DNA of 64,000 nt from IMG/VR virus record IMGVR_UViG_3300042346_001592, positions 1-64,000 of that record; one strand, given 5' to 3'. Each line of letters begins with the position of its first letter. Positions within the stretch are counted from its first letter, which is position 1. Source of the stretch: a virus. Shown here one piece after another: positions 19,811-29,794 of the stretch. The notes below the pieces were generated by a model. It ran no database searches, had not been told where the DNA came from, and saw nothing but the letters and a program-made list of their open reading frames with translations. The translations under genes were made by a program, and so were the position numbers.

Positions 19811-21602
19811 AGATTTAGAAAAACGAGATAGTTTTGGAAAGTTAGGTGTTATTGTATTGAAAGATTCTAAAGATTTGGATATACTTGATAGAAAATCTAA
19901 ATACTTTAAAGAAAATGATATTGAGATCTTAATAATTTCTAAACTCATACCTACTGATAAAATTTACTCCCAGTGTAATTTTCTCATTTATGATAATCTA
20001 TCAAAACGTAGTGAGTTGGAGATTATGTGGGAATTTGCTCGTGATAAGGCTTTTGTAAAAATATTATTCTACGACAATTTTGTTAAAGAAGTTACCTCTA
20101 TTGGTCAGACTTACCAGATGTTTTTAGAAAAATTAGATGAAGTTTCTAATACAGAGGAAAAATTTGTTGTGAATTTTCTAAATGGTGCCTACTTACTAAT
20201 CGACTTTCCATATTTTAGATCTTATTATGCTCAGTTCTTGGATAAAAATACAGGAAATATTATTTATTCTTGTGATATTTGGAATGGTGGGTGGTCCATG
20301 ACTATACTTAAATATTTTATAGACTACAATATCAAAGTGTTTGATAAACTAACGGATGAATTACTCTGGGATTATCATATAGATTTATATGAAAAAAATA
20401 TCTTGATTAGTTTCGAATCCTCAGCTCTAGGAGACACTCTAGCTTGGATGAGTGGTGTTGAAGATTTTATGACCAAACATCGTTGTAATGTAATTTTGAG
20501 CACTTTCCATAACTATCTTTTCGAAGATAAGTATCCGGATATAAAATTTATAAAACCTGGAGAAGGTGTATTTGGAATTTTCGCTCAATATAGAATAGGA
20601 TGGTTCTATAAAGAAGACTCAACCGTTGATTTTACACATCATCCAAGAGATTTTAAGACGATACCACTTCATCAAACAACTAGTGATATACTAGGACTTG
20701 ATTTTCAACAAAAACGTCCTAGAATAAAAATTCCAGAGATGACAAAACCCATAGAAGGTGATTATATAGTTATTGGTCCACATTCTACAACTCAAGCAAA
20801 ATTCTGGAATAACCCAGATGGGTGGAAAGATCTTGTTGATTTCTTTAAAAAAATTGGATGGAAAGTAATTGTTATCTCGAGAGAAGGTAACGGATTTATG
20901 GGCAACTATTTCCCAGAGGGTGTAATAGACAAATCAGGTGACCTACCGATAGAAGACAGAATAAATGATATACGATGGAGTCGAATGTTCATAGGTCTTG
21001 GTAGTGGATTGACTTGGTTAGCTTGGGCCACTGGTGTTCCGCTAACTATTATCTCTGGATTCTCCCAACCTTGGACTGAACCAACCGGATCAGATATTAT
21101 AAGAATACACAATTCATCAGTCTGTAATTCTTGTTTTAATAGACATCGACTTAATGGTGGAGATTGGTTCTGGTGTCCTGACAAAAAAGATACACCCGAT
21201 CAGTTTATCTGTAGTAAATCAATAACATCTCAAGAAGTTATATCAAAAATATCAGAATATTTTGGAATCGAAATTAGTGAAAAGAAAATGGGTATAAATT
21301 TAGTTAAAGATATATTGAAAACGAAAGGTATAAGAAATGTTTCAATTTTTACCTCAAATAGTTCTTTAAAATTAAGTATGTTAGAGGATTTCGAAAATTA
21401 TTTTGAAAAAGATACTGATTGTGTATTTACTGATAAATTGCCAGAAATTGCATTCACACTTTTCAAAAGTTTAGTAAGAAAAGGTGGGTTACTTGTTTTT
21501 TATAATCCACACGATCTGAGTTATTTTGAATCAATCACATCAAAAAAACTAATTTATAACTCAAACGAAGACAACGAGAGTTTTGCTATTATATTTTTGT
21601 AG
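19794..21602 (+). CDS. Aah/TibC-family protein O-heptosyltransferase-like enzyme
   Basis: SSALGDTLAW, K.WNNP.GW, FIGLGSGLTWLAW, ISGFS.PWTE, CNSC...CP...C four-Cys motif. Confidence 0.85.
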   Translation: MSLFYEDLEKRDSFGKLGVIVLKDSKDLDILDRKSKYFKENDIEILIISKLIPTDKIYSQCNFLIYDNLSKRSELEIMWEFARDKAFVKILFYDNFVKEVTSIGQTYQMFLEKLDEVSNTEEKFVVNFLNGAYLLIDFPYFRSYYAQFLDKNTGNIIYSCDIWNGGWSMTILKYFIDYNIKVFDKLTDELLWDYHIDLYEKNILISFESSALGDTLAWMSGVEDFMTKHRCNVILSTFHNYLFEDKYPDIKFIKPGEGVFGIFAQYRIGWFYKEDSTVDFTHHPRDFKTIPLHQTTSDILGLDFQQKRPRIKIPEMTKPIEGDYIVIGPHSTTQAKFWNNPDGWKDLVDFFKKIGWKVIVISREGNGFMGNYFPEGVIDKSGDLPIEDRINDIRWSRMFIGLGSGLTWLAWATGVPLTIISGFSQPWTEPTGSDIIRIHNSSVCNSCFNRHRLNGGDWFWCPDKKDTPDQFICSKSITSQEVISKISEYFGIEISEKKMGINLVKDILKTKGIRNVSIFTSNSSLKLSMLEDFENYFEKDTDCVFTDKLPEIAFTLFKSLVRKGGLLVFYNPHDLSYFESITSKKLIYNSNEDNESFAIIFL

Positions 21603-21604
21603 TA

Positions 21605-22240
21605 TTACTTAGAAAGTAGTTTTATTAAGTCCTCGGTGATACGCGCTACCATCTTTCTTCCCTCAATTTCTACCTGTGGTATATTTTGAATCACAGAAAA
21701 CTTGTCGTTTCCACCTACAGTAATATTTTCAATTAGTTTAGATATATTTGAACCTTTTGGATATTTAGATAGATAAAAGTTTTTTAGTTCATTAACAAAA
21801 TTAGAAAGATCTACACCTTTTTGATAGTTGTATTTGACCATCTGAAGTTCATTATCTTGTTTTTCAACTAAGATATACCAAATTGAATTTTTTGATATTT
21901 TTACTTTTTCTAGAAAATTATAGGCGTTTGAAGCTTTTACCTTTTTTGGAAACTTAGCTACTTTTCCGTAGAATTTTACAGACTCTTCTGTTTTTTCATC
22001 CCCTTCAGCCGAAGATTTTTTGTTTTTCAGGAGTTGACCTTCTGGTTGAAGATAAGAAATATCAGCTGTTTGCTCCCTTCTTGTTTTTTTATAGGGAAGA
22101 TTTGGATTTTGTGGAATTTCATCTTCACCAAATGGTTCTACCGGAAGCTCAATATCTACATCTTTACCTCCTTCAAAACCAGATATTTGAGAAAACTTCT
22201 TAAATTTTCCAGAATTTTTAGCTTCGTTAATATTACCCAT
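21605..22240 (-). CDS. Hypothetical protein, putative head/prohead core component
   Basis: MGNINEAKNSGKFKKFSQI; TATATA at 22259-22264 upstream. Confidence 0.55.
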   Translation of the reverse strand: MGNINEAKNSGKFKKFSQISGFEGGKDVDIELPVEPFGEDEIPQNPNLPYKKTRREQTADISYLQPEGQLLKNKKSSAEGDEKTEESVKFYGKVAKFPKKVKASNAYNFLEKVKISKNSIWYILVEKQDNELQMVKYNYQKGVDLSNFVNELKNFYLSKYPKGSNISKLIENITVGGNDKFSVIQNIPQVEIEGRKMVARITEDLIKLLSK

Positions 22241-22286
22241 TTTTATTTTTTTTATTTCTATATATTAAATTATTTTCGTGGATTTT

Positions 22287-22541
22287 TTAATTTTTGTGCT
22301 TATAGTAGTCTTTTTCTACGATATAATTTTTATAGTTTTTTATCATATTGACTTGATCAAACCATCTAGAGGGTATACCTTTTATGTTGTCAAGATAGCT
22401 CTTCATTTCATCATTTTGAAATACATAAGGAGATAGTGTTCTATCTAAAATAATATCTTCATAATCGACCCAGTCTTTATCTGTATCATTTCGATGTTTG
22501 AGATCCCAGAGCTCTTCTATTTGACGTTCTTTATTCAACAT
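22287..22541 (-). CDS. Small hypothetical protein downstream of the baseplate wedge gene (probable start MLNKERQ)
   Basis: The 22685 start of the track overlaps the wedge gene; ATG at 22541 follows its stop by 4 nt. Confidence 0.55.
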   Translation of the reverse strand: MLNKERQIEELWDLKHRNDTDKDWVDYEDIILDRTLSPYVFQNDEMKSYLDNIKGIPSRWFDQVNMIKNYKNYIVEKDYYKHKN

Positions 22542-22545
22542 TTTA

Positions 22546-24264
22546 TTAAATTCTTTGTTTTGCTGATAGTGGTACTTTTCCTTTATAGATAACATTAACA
22601 GATTTAAGACCTGAGCCATCAATATCATCAGAAAAATAAATATCATTCCTATCTCTCCATCCTCCACGAATAAGTGGTATTTCACTAGCGTGAAAAATTA
22701 TATCACCTAAAATTGAATCCAAACCTATAACCTTGTTAGGTTCATATCCAGGTTGTGGAACTACTTCAAGTCGGTTTTGTGAAAGAGTGTAAGGATTTGT
22801 TCTGTTTTGTTGAAGTATTGTATTTTGACGATGGTAGTCTTCGGTATCTTTTGATATAAATGAAATATCAACCGAATGAATCTCACTTATTTTTGACTTG
22901 AGTTCAACTAAAAGATCTGATTTGGGAATTCGATTCATACGTGTGAGATCTAAAAAATAATCTGATATTACATCATAAATTTGAGAATTCACGGTCTCTT
23001 CTACACTATCTTCATAAACAATTACGAAAACATTACAGATATAATAAGATAGTCTAGGCGAACTAATTGTAAGCTTAGAAGTAAGAACAATATTACCATT
23101 TGATTTCAGATAGGACAATATTTTATTTTTTTCAAGATCATCTAGTCTGAAAGCTTCTATATCAATTGTAAAATAATTTACATTTTTATCTTTGAACAAT
23201 TTTATGTTTGGTGTAGCAACGACATAAACAATCTCATCTTGTTCATATGCATTTACGTGTGAGAAAACACCTAATTTTTTTATTTCATAGGCAAATTGTT
23301 CAGGAAGAGCTAGAACAAAGTTATTGGTAGAAATAGGTAGAAGACTTCGTGTAAATTCGATGGATTCTGCATCAGCACCGAAATTTAGATCTGTTTCATA
23401 TACAATATCAAATATATTTTCTACGTTTATAGGCTCACCATTACCATCAAAAATATCATCAACAAATACCCAATCATTAGGAACTCTACTGAATATTGAA
23501 CCTTGTGATCCATCTGTAGCTAAATAATCCACATCAATAATCGATCCGATAGGTGGTATAGCACCGAATCCACCATTTCCAAAAATGATATCTACGCCAC
23601 CATTGAAACCAGTTTTGAAAACTAATGCTTTTTCGTCTGGCATCATATCATAAAGGTGTTTTTTAGTTTCCCACATTTGACTATTTACGAATACTTCATA
23701 GTTGAAATTCTCTACCTGACGAAGAGCTCTTAGATCGAGACTAAAAGTTTGCATCGGTGACCCGGTTCCGGTAAAAGTTCTTCTTTCCCAACGACCTTGA
23801 ATAATAGATAATATTATTTCAGTTGAGTTTGTAACTTTGTATGTTTTACTATCAGATCCAAGAATTATCGAATACTGAAGATTATTAGTTTTATTTTTAA
23901 TAGTGCTTCTATTTGATATTGTAATCCTTTCACCCGCAATCTCTTCTTCTGCAATAAAACCACCTTTCAATTTTAATTTTATAGTTCCTGTGGCCGAGAT
24001 AGCTCTAGTTGGTATGTGACCTGCTAAAATTGCGGCATTTCTTATAGCAATCGGATTATTTGTTAAATCTTGAGAAAGATCAAAATTATTCTGAGCTTTC
24101 TTTAGGTAGAGTGTAGATAATTGATGAAGATTTTCTAAAACTGTCAAAATTTGACCATATGGCGAGGCGTTTGTAAAAAGAAGGTTAGCTTTTTTATATT
24201 CTTCTTTTAGGTAAAGCTCTATCTCAGCTTTTTGCCTTTCAAAACTAATTTCGCTAAATAACAC
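22546..24264 (-). CDS. Baseplate wedge subunit (T4 gp6-like)
   Basis: ASPYGQIL..., A.LAGH.P.R.ISA, IIQG, IIFGNGGFG.IP..G..I.VDYL.TDG..G, GAD.ES. Confidence 0.8.
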   Translation of the reverse strand: MLFSEISFERQKAEIELYLKEEYKKANLLFTNASPYGQILTVLENLHQLSTLYLKKAQNNFDLSQDLTNNPIAIRNAAILAGHIPTRAISATGTIKLKLKGGFIAEEEIAGERITISNRSTIKNKTNNLQYSIILGSDSKTYKVTNSTEIILSIIQGRWERRTFTGTGSPMQTFSLDLRALRQVENFNYEVFVNSQMWETKKHLYDMMPDEKALVFKTGFNGGVDIIFGNGGFGAIPPIGSIIDVDYLATDGSQGSIFSRVPNDWVFVDDIFDGNGEPINVENIFDIVYETDLNFGADAESIEFTRSLLPISTNNFVLALPEQFAYEIKKLGVFSHVNAYEQDEIVYVVATPNIKLFKDKNVNYFTIDIEAFRLDDLEKNKILSYLKSNGNIVLTSKLTISSPRLSYYICNVFVIVYEDSVEETVNSQIYDVISDYFLDLTRMNRIPKSDLLVELKSKISEIHSVDISFISKDTEDYHRQNTILQQNRTNPYTLSQNRLEVVPQPGYEPNKVIGLDSILGDIIFHASEIPLIRGGWRDRNDIYFSDDIDGSGLKSVNVIYKGKVPLSAKQRI

Positions 24265-24366
24265 TTTTCTATAAATATTTGAGATTATATATAAAATCTA
24301 CTCTCTATTCTATTTCTTTGCGATTTGTTTTTTTTAGTTTTTTATATATAAAAATAAAAAAAACAG

Positions 24367-25089
24367 ATGACTTTCGAAGATTTCGGTAAGTTTGTATCAG
24401 AGTGGGGTGTTCTAGGTTCGTCTGGAGCTTTTATTCTGTGGGTATTGTATTTAGTGGTCAAAAATGATTCGGGAAAAATTCTTACTAAACTAATTGAATA
24501 TATTACGAAAAAACTAGGATTTGGTGAAAAAAAATCTGGTTCAAAAGTTATTTCTATTTCAGATGTTATAAATCACGATATTTTTAACTACATAGATTTT
24601 TGGAAATATTCTAAAATTCCTACTTTTACATTCTCAACCGAATACAGAACTGTTGTATTCAGAAAGTATCTATTTATTTTCTTGAAAAACTGGAAAGATA
24701 ATTTAGAAGAATATATTAATTCTAGAGATTTTGAAGAAATGGATTCTTCTGAGATCTGGAAATCTTTTCTATCCCTTATAAACGATGTTATCTATGATTA
24801 CGAAACAGAGATGGCCTCGTCGGGTATTCCTAGAATTGTTATAGAAAAAATGAAAATTAAAAACAATGATATTGTTTCTCTTACAATCAATTTGATTGAA
24901 GGTATTTGTAACTCACAATTTTACGAATCTGAAAAAAACTATCTGAAAGTTTATTCTATACTTAATATCATTCTTTCTATTCTAGAAAATACAATATCAA
25001 ATTCAGAACAAACTTGTAATGGTATTAACGGTCAACTTAAGGGGCAAAAGTTCTCTGAATCAGGTAAAACCTACATAGAACCCTCTTAA
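24367..25089 (+). CDS. Single-TM membrane protein
   Basis: Hydrophobic WGVLGSSGAFILWVLYLVV near N-terminus then a soluble domain. Confidence 0.6.
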   Translation: MTFEDFGKFVSEWGVLGSSGAFILWVLYLVVKNDSGKILTKLIEYITKKLGFGEKKSGSKVISISDVINHDIFNYIDFWKYSKIPTFTFSTEYRTVVFRKYLFIFLKNWKDNLEEYINSRDFEEMDSSEIWKSFLSLINDVIYDYETEMASSGIPRIVIEKMKIKNNDIVSLTINLIEGICNSQFYESEKNYLKVYSILNIILSILENTISNSEQTCNGINGQLKGQKFSESGKTYIEPS

Positions 25090-25093
25090 AATT

Positions 25094-25119
25094 AAACTTT
25101 CTATCACTTTTTATTATAA
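25094..25119 (+). promoter_or_regulatory. AAAC-N17-TATAA putative phage promoter
   Basis: AAAC 25094-25097, TATAA 25115-25119. Confidence 0.5.
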
Positions 25120-25144
25120 AGTAAAAATTTTATTAAAGGAAAAA

Positions 25145-25690
25145 GTGGAATTGAAAAAGGAGAAATGTATTATACTCGGACCTTCTGCTTCAGGTAAAGA
25201 TTACTTAAAAAGAAAACTATCACAAAGAGGTCTAAAGGCTCTTGTGAAATATACAACTAGACCACCAAGAGAGGGGGAAGTTGATGGGGTAGAATATAAG
25301 TTTGTTACTCAACAAATCTTTCACCAGATGCTTGAGAGTTCTGAGTTTCTTCTACATCAAGAGTTTGAGGTTTGGCCTAAAGATAAAGAACCCGAGAAGT
25401 GGTATTATGGTATATCCAGAGAAGATTTTGAAAGTTCACAAGTTATGATACTTACACCGGGTGAATTTTCTCAAGTAGAGGGACTAGATAGACAGAATTA
25501 TTTCGTGGTTCTTCTAGATATACCAGAAGAGACAAGAAGACAAAGACTATCGGTCAGAAACGATAACAATGATTCAATAGATAGAAGAATAAATGCTGAC
25601 AGAGAAGATTTTTCTGTGAAAATAGATTACGATCTTAAAATATCCGACCCTGATTTCGAAGAAGGTATGGTTTGGGATTTGATGTATTAA
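25145..25690 (+). CDS. gmk: Guanylate kinase
   Basis: GPSASGKD P-loop; YTTRPPREGEVDGVEYKFV; YYG. Confidence 0.9.
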   Translation: MELKKEKCIILGPSASGKDYLKRKLSQRGLKALVKYTTRPPREGEVDGVEYKFVTQQIFHQMLESSEFLLHQEFEVWPKDKEPEKWYYGISREDFESSQVMILTPGEFSQVEGLDRQNYFVVLLDIPEETRRQRLSVRNDNNDSIDRRINADREDFSVKIDYDLKISDPDFEEGMVWDLMY

Positions 25691-27468
25691 TCTGAAAAGG
25701 AATCACGAATTTCAACCTTAAATATATTTTTAAGCTCATCAAGTTCGTCTTCGGTTACACCAGTTTCTATTGTTCCGTCTGGATATTTCACTGCATAAGT
25801 TGTGAATTCATTTACGATATTTTGAATATCTTCACCCAGATCACCCAGATCATCATTTAAAAGTTTTTCTATAAGGCAATCTAGAAGATCTTCATCGTAT
25901 CCGTTAGCTAGAACGGCAACATTAGAAAAACAATCCTCATCACCAGCACCGGTATTTCCACTACCACTCACGAAAGGGTTGGCGACAGATGCTGTAAGAC
26001 CTTGGTTAGGTGTTCCTGGTATAGGTACACCGGTTCCAAGTCTTGGAATAAGCAGTGATTGTGTGCCACCACCACAATTTACAAATGCTCTTGGTGCCGT
26101 TAAATAACCAGAGCCTTTATTGGTGAGAATCGCTTCTTTAACATTGCCTCCTACTATTCTAACAAAACCAGTCGCTGATTGACCACTGAAGCCAGATGGG
26201 TTGATAAAATTAATAACACATTGTGATGCGTTATAGTTAATACCTTCGTCGTATATTTCAACTCTGTCGACACTATAAGAAAATTGAGAACCCGATGATT
26301 GATCTTCCAATCCAATATCTGCGTCAGCAAGAGCGGCATCCTCAACTGAACCCGAGGTCGCGTTGATAGGATTTGTAGAACTATCTACAGAGGTATCTTT
26401 CTTACAGATATTAGCTAACTGCTCTTCCAGAGATTTTATTTCTTCGTTTGTGTCATCATATCCTTCAACAGCATCGATAAATCTTTCTAAATCGTCGTCC
26501 TCGGAAATATCCGTGTCATTTCTTATTATTTTTAGAGCTAGTGAATAGTTTAAATCTCCTCCGAGTGTTACGTGGTCTGGATCTGGATCGAAAAGATCAT
26601 CTTTCCAACGACCTTGTGGAAACCCAGCTCTTCTACCGCGACGGTTGGCTCGCCTTTCAAATCGTCTTCTTTTTCTTTGCATACGACGAATTTTTCTTCT
26701 TATTCTTCTGCGCTGTTTTTCACAAGATGGTTTTCTTTTTTTGAGAAAATCAAGAATTTTGAAAATAAAGTTTTTGATAACTTCTAATGGGTCGAGAAGT
26801 TTAAGAATAATCTGTATAGCTGATCCGATAGATGATATGATTGATTTTATTTTTTCTTTCTTAATAACAAATATAAGTAGAGCTAAAGGTGACAAATAAA
26901 TTAGTAGTTTTGCAAAAGATAAAATAATTGTTTTCAAAGCTTTTACAATTTGAATAACATGCACAATAGCCTCTGCTATGTTCCAAGGTGGCACAAAAAT
27001 AATAACCGATATAGCCGCTATAGAACTACCAATAAGAGCAAAAGCCTCTATCATGTCACCTACAATTTTTTTGATTTCGCGAAAAAATCCACGAAGAGCT
27101 TGAACAAACTGTTTAGTCATCTTCTTAGCTTCGTCTTTCAGTTGCTTGACCATATTGGAGGCATTTCCCCAAATTTTATCTAGTTGATCTTTGAGTTTTT
27201 CTCTAAGTTCTTGAACAGATCCAGTTAGACCCGCAAATTCATAAATATTAGGTCTTTGTAATCCTTCACCACAATCACCGATCATTAGATCTGCTTGAAT
27301 CTTTGTTATTTCTGGTTGTTTGTGAATAAGAACTCTTTTCGCTATTTCTTCTTCACATATGAGAAACTCGTCGATAAAAGTCTTGAAATCAGGTAAAATG
27401 CCTGCTTCTAGGTTCTCTAATCTTTCTTCTAAAAGATCAAGTTGTTGAATAAGTTGATTAACATCCAT
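25687..27468 (-). CDS. Putative virion/baseplate-associated protein with hydrophobic helices and Arg-rich segment
   Basis: Hydrophobic stretch, KQRRRIRRKIRRMQRKRRR, and G.GY...P repeat (TNKGSGYLTAP) seen in T4-like structural proteins. Confidence 0.5.
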   Translation of the reverse strand: MDVNQLIQQLDLLEERLENLEAGILPDFKTFIDEFLICEEEIAKRVLIHKQPEITKIQADLMIGDCGEGLQRPNIYEFAGLTGSVQELREKLKDQLDKIWGNASNMVKQLKDEAKKMTKQFVQALRGFFREIKKIVGDMIEAFALIGSSIAAISVIIFVPPWNIAEAIVHVIQIVKALKTIILSFAKLLIYLSPLALLIFVIKKEKIKSIISSIGSAIQIILKLLDPLEVIKNFIFKILDFLKKRKPSCEKQRRRIRRKIRRMQRKRRRFERRANRRGRRAGFPQGRWKDDLFDPDPDHVTLGGDLNYSLALKIIRNDTDISEDDDLERFIDAVEGYDDTNEEIKSLEEQLANICKKDTSVDSSTNPINATSGSVEDAALADADIGLEDQSSGSQFSYSVDRVEIYDEGINYNASQCVINFINPSGFSGQSATGFVRIVGGNVKEAILTNKGSGYLTAPRAFVNCGGGTQSLLIPRLGTGVPIPGTPNQGLTASVANPFVSGSGNTGAGDEDCFSNVAVLANGYDEDLLDCLIEKLLNDDLGDLGEDIQNIVNEFTTYAVKYPDGTIETGVTEDELDELKNIFKVEIRDSFSD

Positions 27469-27518
27469 CTATATTACTTTCTTTATATAGATTTTTTTTA
27501 GACTTCTCTCCTGGATTC

Positions 27519-29783
27519 TCACCAAGAACAACGACTATTCACCACGAATGGTTTGTATCTCTTTATGTCTTCGATACTTAATTTAGAAGGACAAATTTTC
27601 GATGATTGTTCTCTAATTCCTTGTGGGTTATATGCCCAGAAACCCTTAAAATTATGAATTATTTTTTTTGTTTTCTCTAAGTCACGAATAATTCCATCAT
27701 CTATATGTTCAAGTTCTTCTAAAATAATTCTAGCTGTAACAAGACTATTTCCGGTATAAAGAATAGAGAACCAATAATAGACTCTCATTAGATCTTCTAT
27801 ATTATCTCTTAAAAATTGAGGTAAGTCCTCTTGGGATACATCAGAAAAAGATCTACCACGAGCAGAAAAATACATCTCAAGAGCAGATACAATATCTATA
27901 GATTGAATAAGTTTTCCAAAATTTCTACATCCTATCTCTATATAACTATTAATTTTTTTGTAAAATTCGTCAGCTTCATAATAATCTATAAATTTAGCTT
28001 TATTTAGGGAAAAAGTTTCTTTTGACCATCTATCAAGAGATATTCTAAATAATTTTTGCGAAGGCGTTAACTGATCACATTCTTCTATTAATAGGTTCAT
28101 TAAATCACTTGATATATAATTTCCCAATTTATAATAAATATCTGGAGAAAAATAGGTTTGTTTTCCTAAATATCTAGTTAGGCCAAAAATTTCAGCATCT
28201 TCTTCTAGAATAAAGCACGCTCCTTTAGTGTTGTAGTAGAGTAAATTTTGTATAATAGAAAAATTCCACAAGTATAGTCCTGTAATACTACCAGCACTAG
28301 CCTTTAGAGCTTTTCTGATATCAGATATATTTATTTCATAAGCAGGTATAGTGAATAATTCAGGAACTCTCTTTCCATTTGCATTTCTTACCGAATGTTT
28401 ACTTAACCAAAACTCATCATTACGAACAAACCAAGTAGTCGATAAAGAATATTCTGGTTTGAAGTATTTCCTAACACCTGATACTTGTTTAGGTAATACT
28501 TTCTGGATAAGATTAGAAGAATCATTTTTACAGATACTCCACTTTTGCCAAGGATATTTTCTCGGGTCACCTTCATACACATCAAAAGCTCGAATAATCA
28601 TATTTTTATCTACGACACCATAACCTTCAACTTCTAAAGAATGTGGTAGATAGATATTACTCTTTTGAAACTCAGACCACACCGATTGATCTTTGTGAAT
28701 ATATTTTCTGTAAATATCAGACCAAACTGTGTAGATTTTCGGTACCTCTTCACCTTTTGGATAGGTCTGAACAATATCATCTCTATGATACCATTTATCT
28801 TCAGATGCCCAAAACCTGTGATATAGAGGTGATTTTGAACCTGAAATATGGTCTCTTATATGGAAAGTTACTCCTGGGTAATCTGACTTTTGGATTTCCT
28901 CTGATAGAGTATTGGTAATAAAACCACCCGAAAAATCTAACTTATTATCTACTAGTGGAATCACAAGAAACTGAAGACTATCTACATAGGGATATTTATC
29001 AAATAATACCCTTTTTAAGGTAACAACTACTTTTCCTGGTGATTCGCTATGATAGATAGCGTCTGGGTATTTGGATTTTAACCACGATTTACATTCAGTA
29101 AAAATTTCATCAGAGTTACTATATATTCTATCACAATAAATTGATCCGTCATCGGTCTTCCAGATAAGCGCTCTCGCTAGGAGTTTCTTTACGTCGCTAC
29201 CTGGCTCATAATCCGTAAATATCATCATAGAAACTCTCTCGGGATTTTCGGTATAGATTCCTAATCGATTGTTTTTATTAGCATATCGCATACAAGAGTT
29301 ACCGAGACTACTCTGGCCACCACGGTAGTAGTTATCACTAAGATACCAAAACTTGATTTCTTCTCCTTTCACGATATCAAACTCTCTTGGGTTATAGATC
29401 TTGTTCCATGCTGCTTTATAGGCATTTACAAATTCTTCAACTTGTGGTTCGGTAAATTTTATTCCGTTATCATTTAAGATACTACGAACTAATCTTCCGA
29501 CATTGGAATCTATTTTGGTTCTAGTAGATACATCAACGCCAGTTTCTTTGAATCTTTGATACTGCCTATCTTGTAGGTATAAAATCTTATCACTACTATC
29601 ACCAGGACCTAATAGATTGTAATTGGTCTTAATATCACTTCTATTATCTACCCAATCAATAATATACCTCTCTAGACCTGATGATGTTTTAATACCAGAG
29701 ATAATTTTTTTAAACTCTGGAGATACTTCTAAAACTGACTCTAATAAATATTCTAGATTGAAATCTTTGAACCTTTTTGTCAT
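27519..29783 (-). CDS. Large hypothetical protein, SCM-RALxW-DRIY family, paralog 2
   Basis: LGNSCMRY...LLARALIW...DRIYS...YPYVD. Confidence 0.75.
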   Translation of the reverse strand: MTKRFKDFNLEYLLESVLEVSPEFKKIISGIKTSSGLERYIIDWVDNRSDIKTNYNLLGPGDSSDKILYLQDRQYQRFKETGVDVSTRTKIDSNVGRLVRSILNDNGIKFTEPQVEEFVNAYKAAWNKIYNPREFDIVKGEEIKFWYLSDNYYRGGQSSLGNSCMRYANKNNRLGIYTENPERVSMMIFTDYEPGSDVKKLLARALIWKTDDGSIYCDRIYSNSDEIFTECKSWLKSKYPDAIYHSESPGKVVVTLKRVLFDKYPYVDSLQFLVIPLVDNKLDFSGGFITNTLSEEIQKSDYPGVTFHIRDHISGSKSPLYHRFWASEDKWYHRDDIVQTYPKGEEVPKIYTVWSDIYRKYIHKDQSVWSEFQKSNIYLPHSLEVEGYGVVDKNMIIRAFDVYEGDPRKYPWQKWSICKNDSSNLIQKVLPKQVSGVRKYFKPEYSLSTTWFVRNDEFWLSKHSVRNANGKRVPELFTIPAYEINISDIRKALKASAGSITGLYLWNFSIIQNLLYYNTKGACFILEEDAEIFGLTRYLGKQTYFSPDIYYKLGNYISSDLMNLLIEECDQLTPSQKLFRISLDRWSKETFSLNKAKFIDYYEADEFYKKINSYIEIGCRNFGKLIQSIDIVSALEMYFSARGRSFSDVSQEDLPQFLRDNIEDLMRVYYWFSILYTGNSLVTARIILEELEHIDDGIIRDLEKTKKIIHNFKGFWAYNPQGIREQSSKICPSKLSIEDIKRYKPFVVNSRCSW

Positions 29784-29794
29784 ATGGTTATATA

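Noticed and set aside
22542-22685. Extended N-terminus of the 22287 ORF overlapping the baseplate gene
   Set aside because: A better start at 22541 directly follows the wedge stop codon
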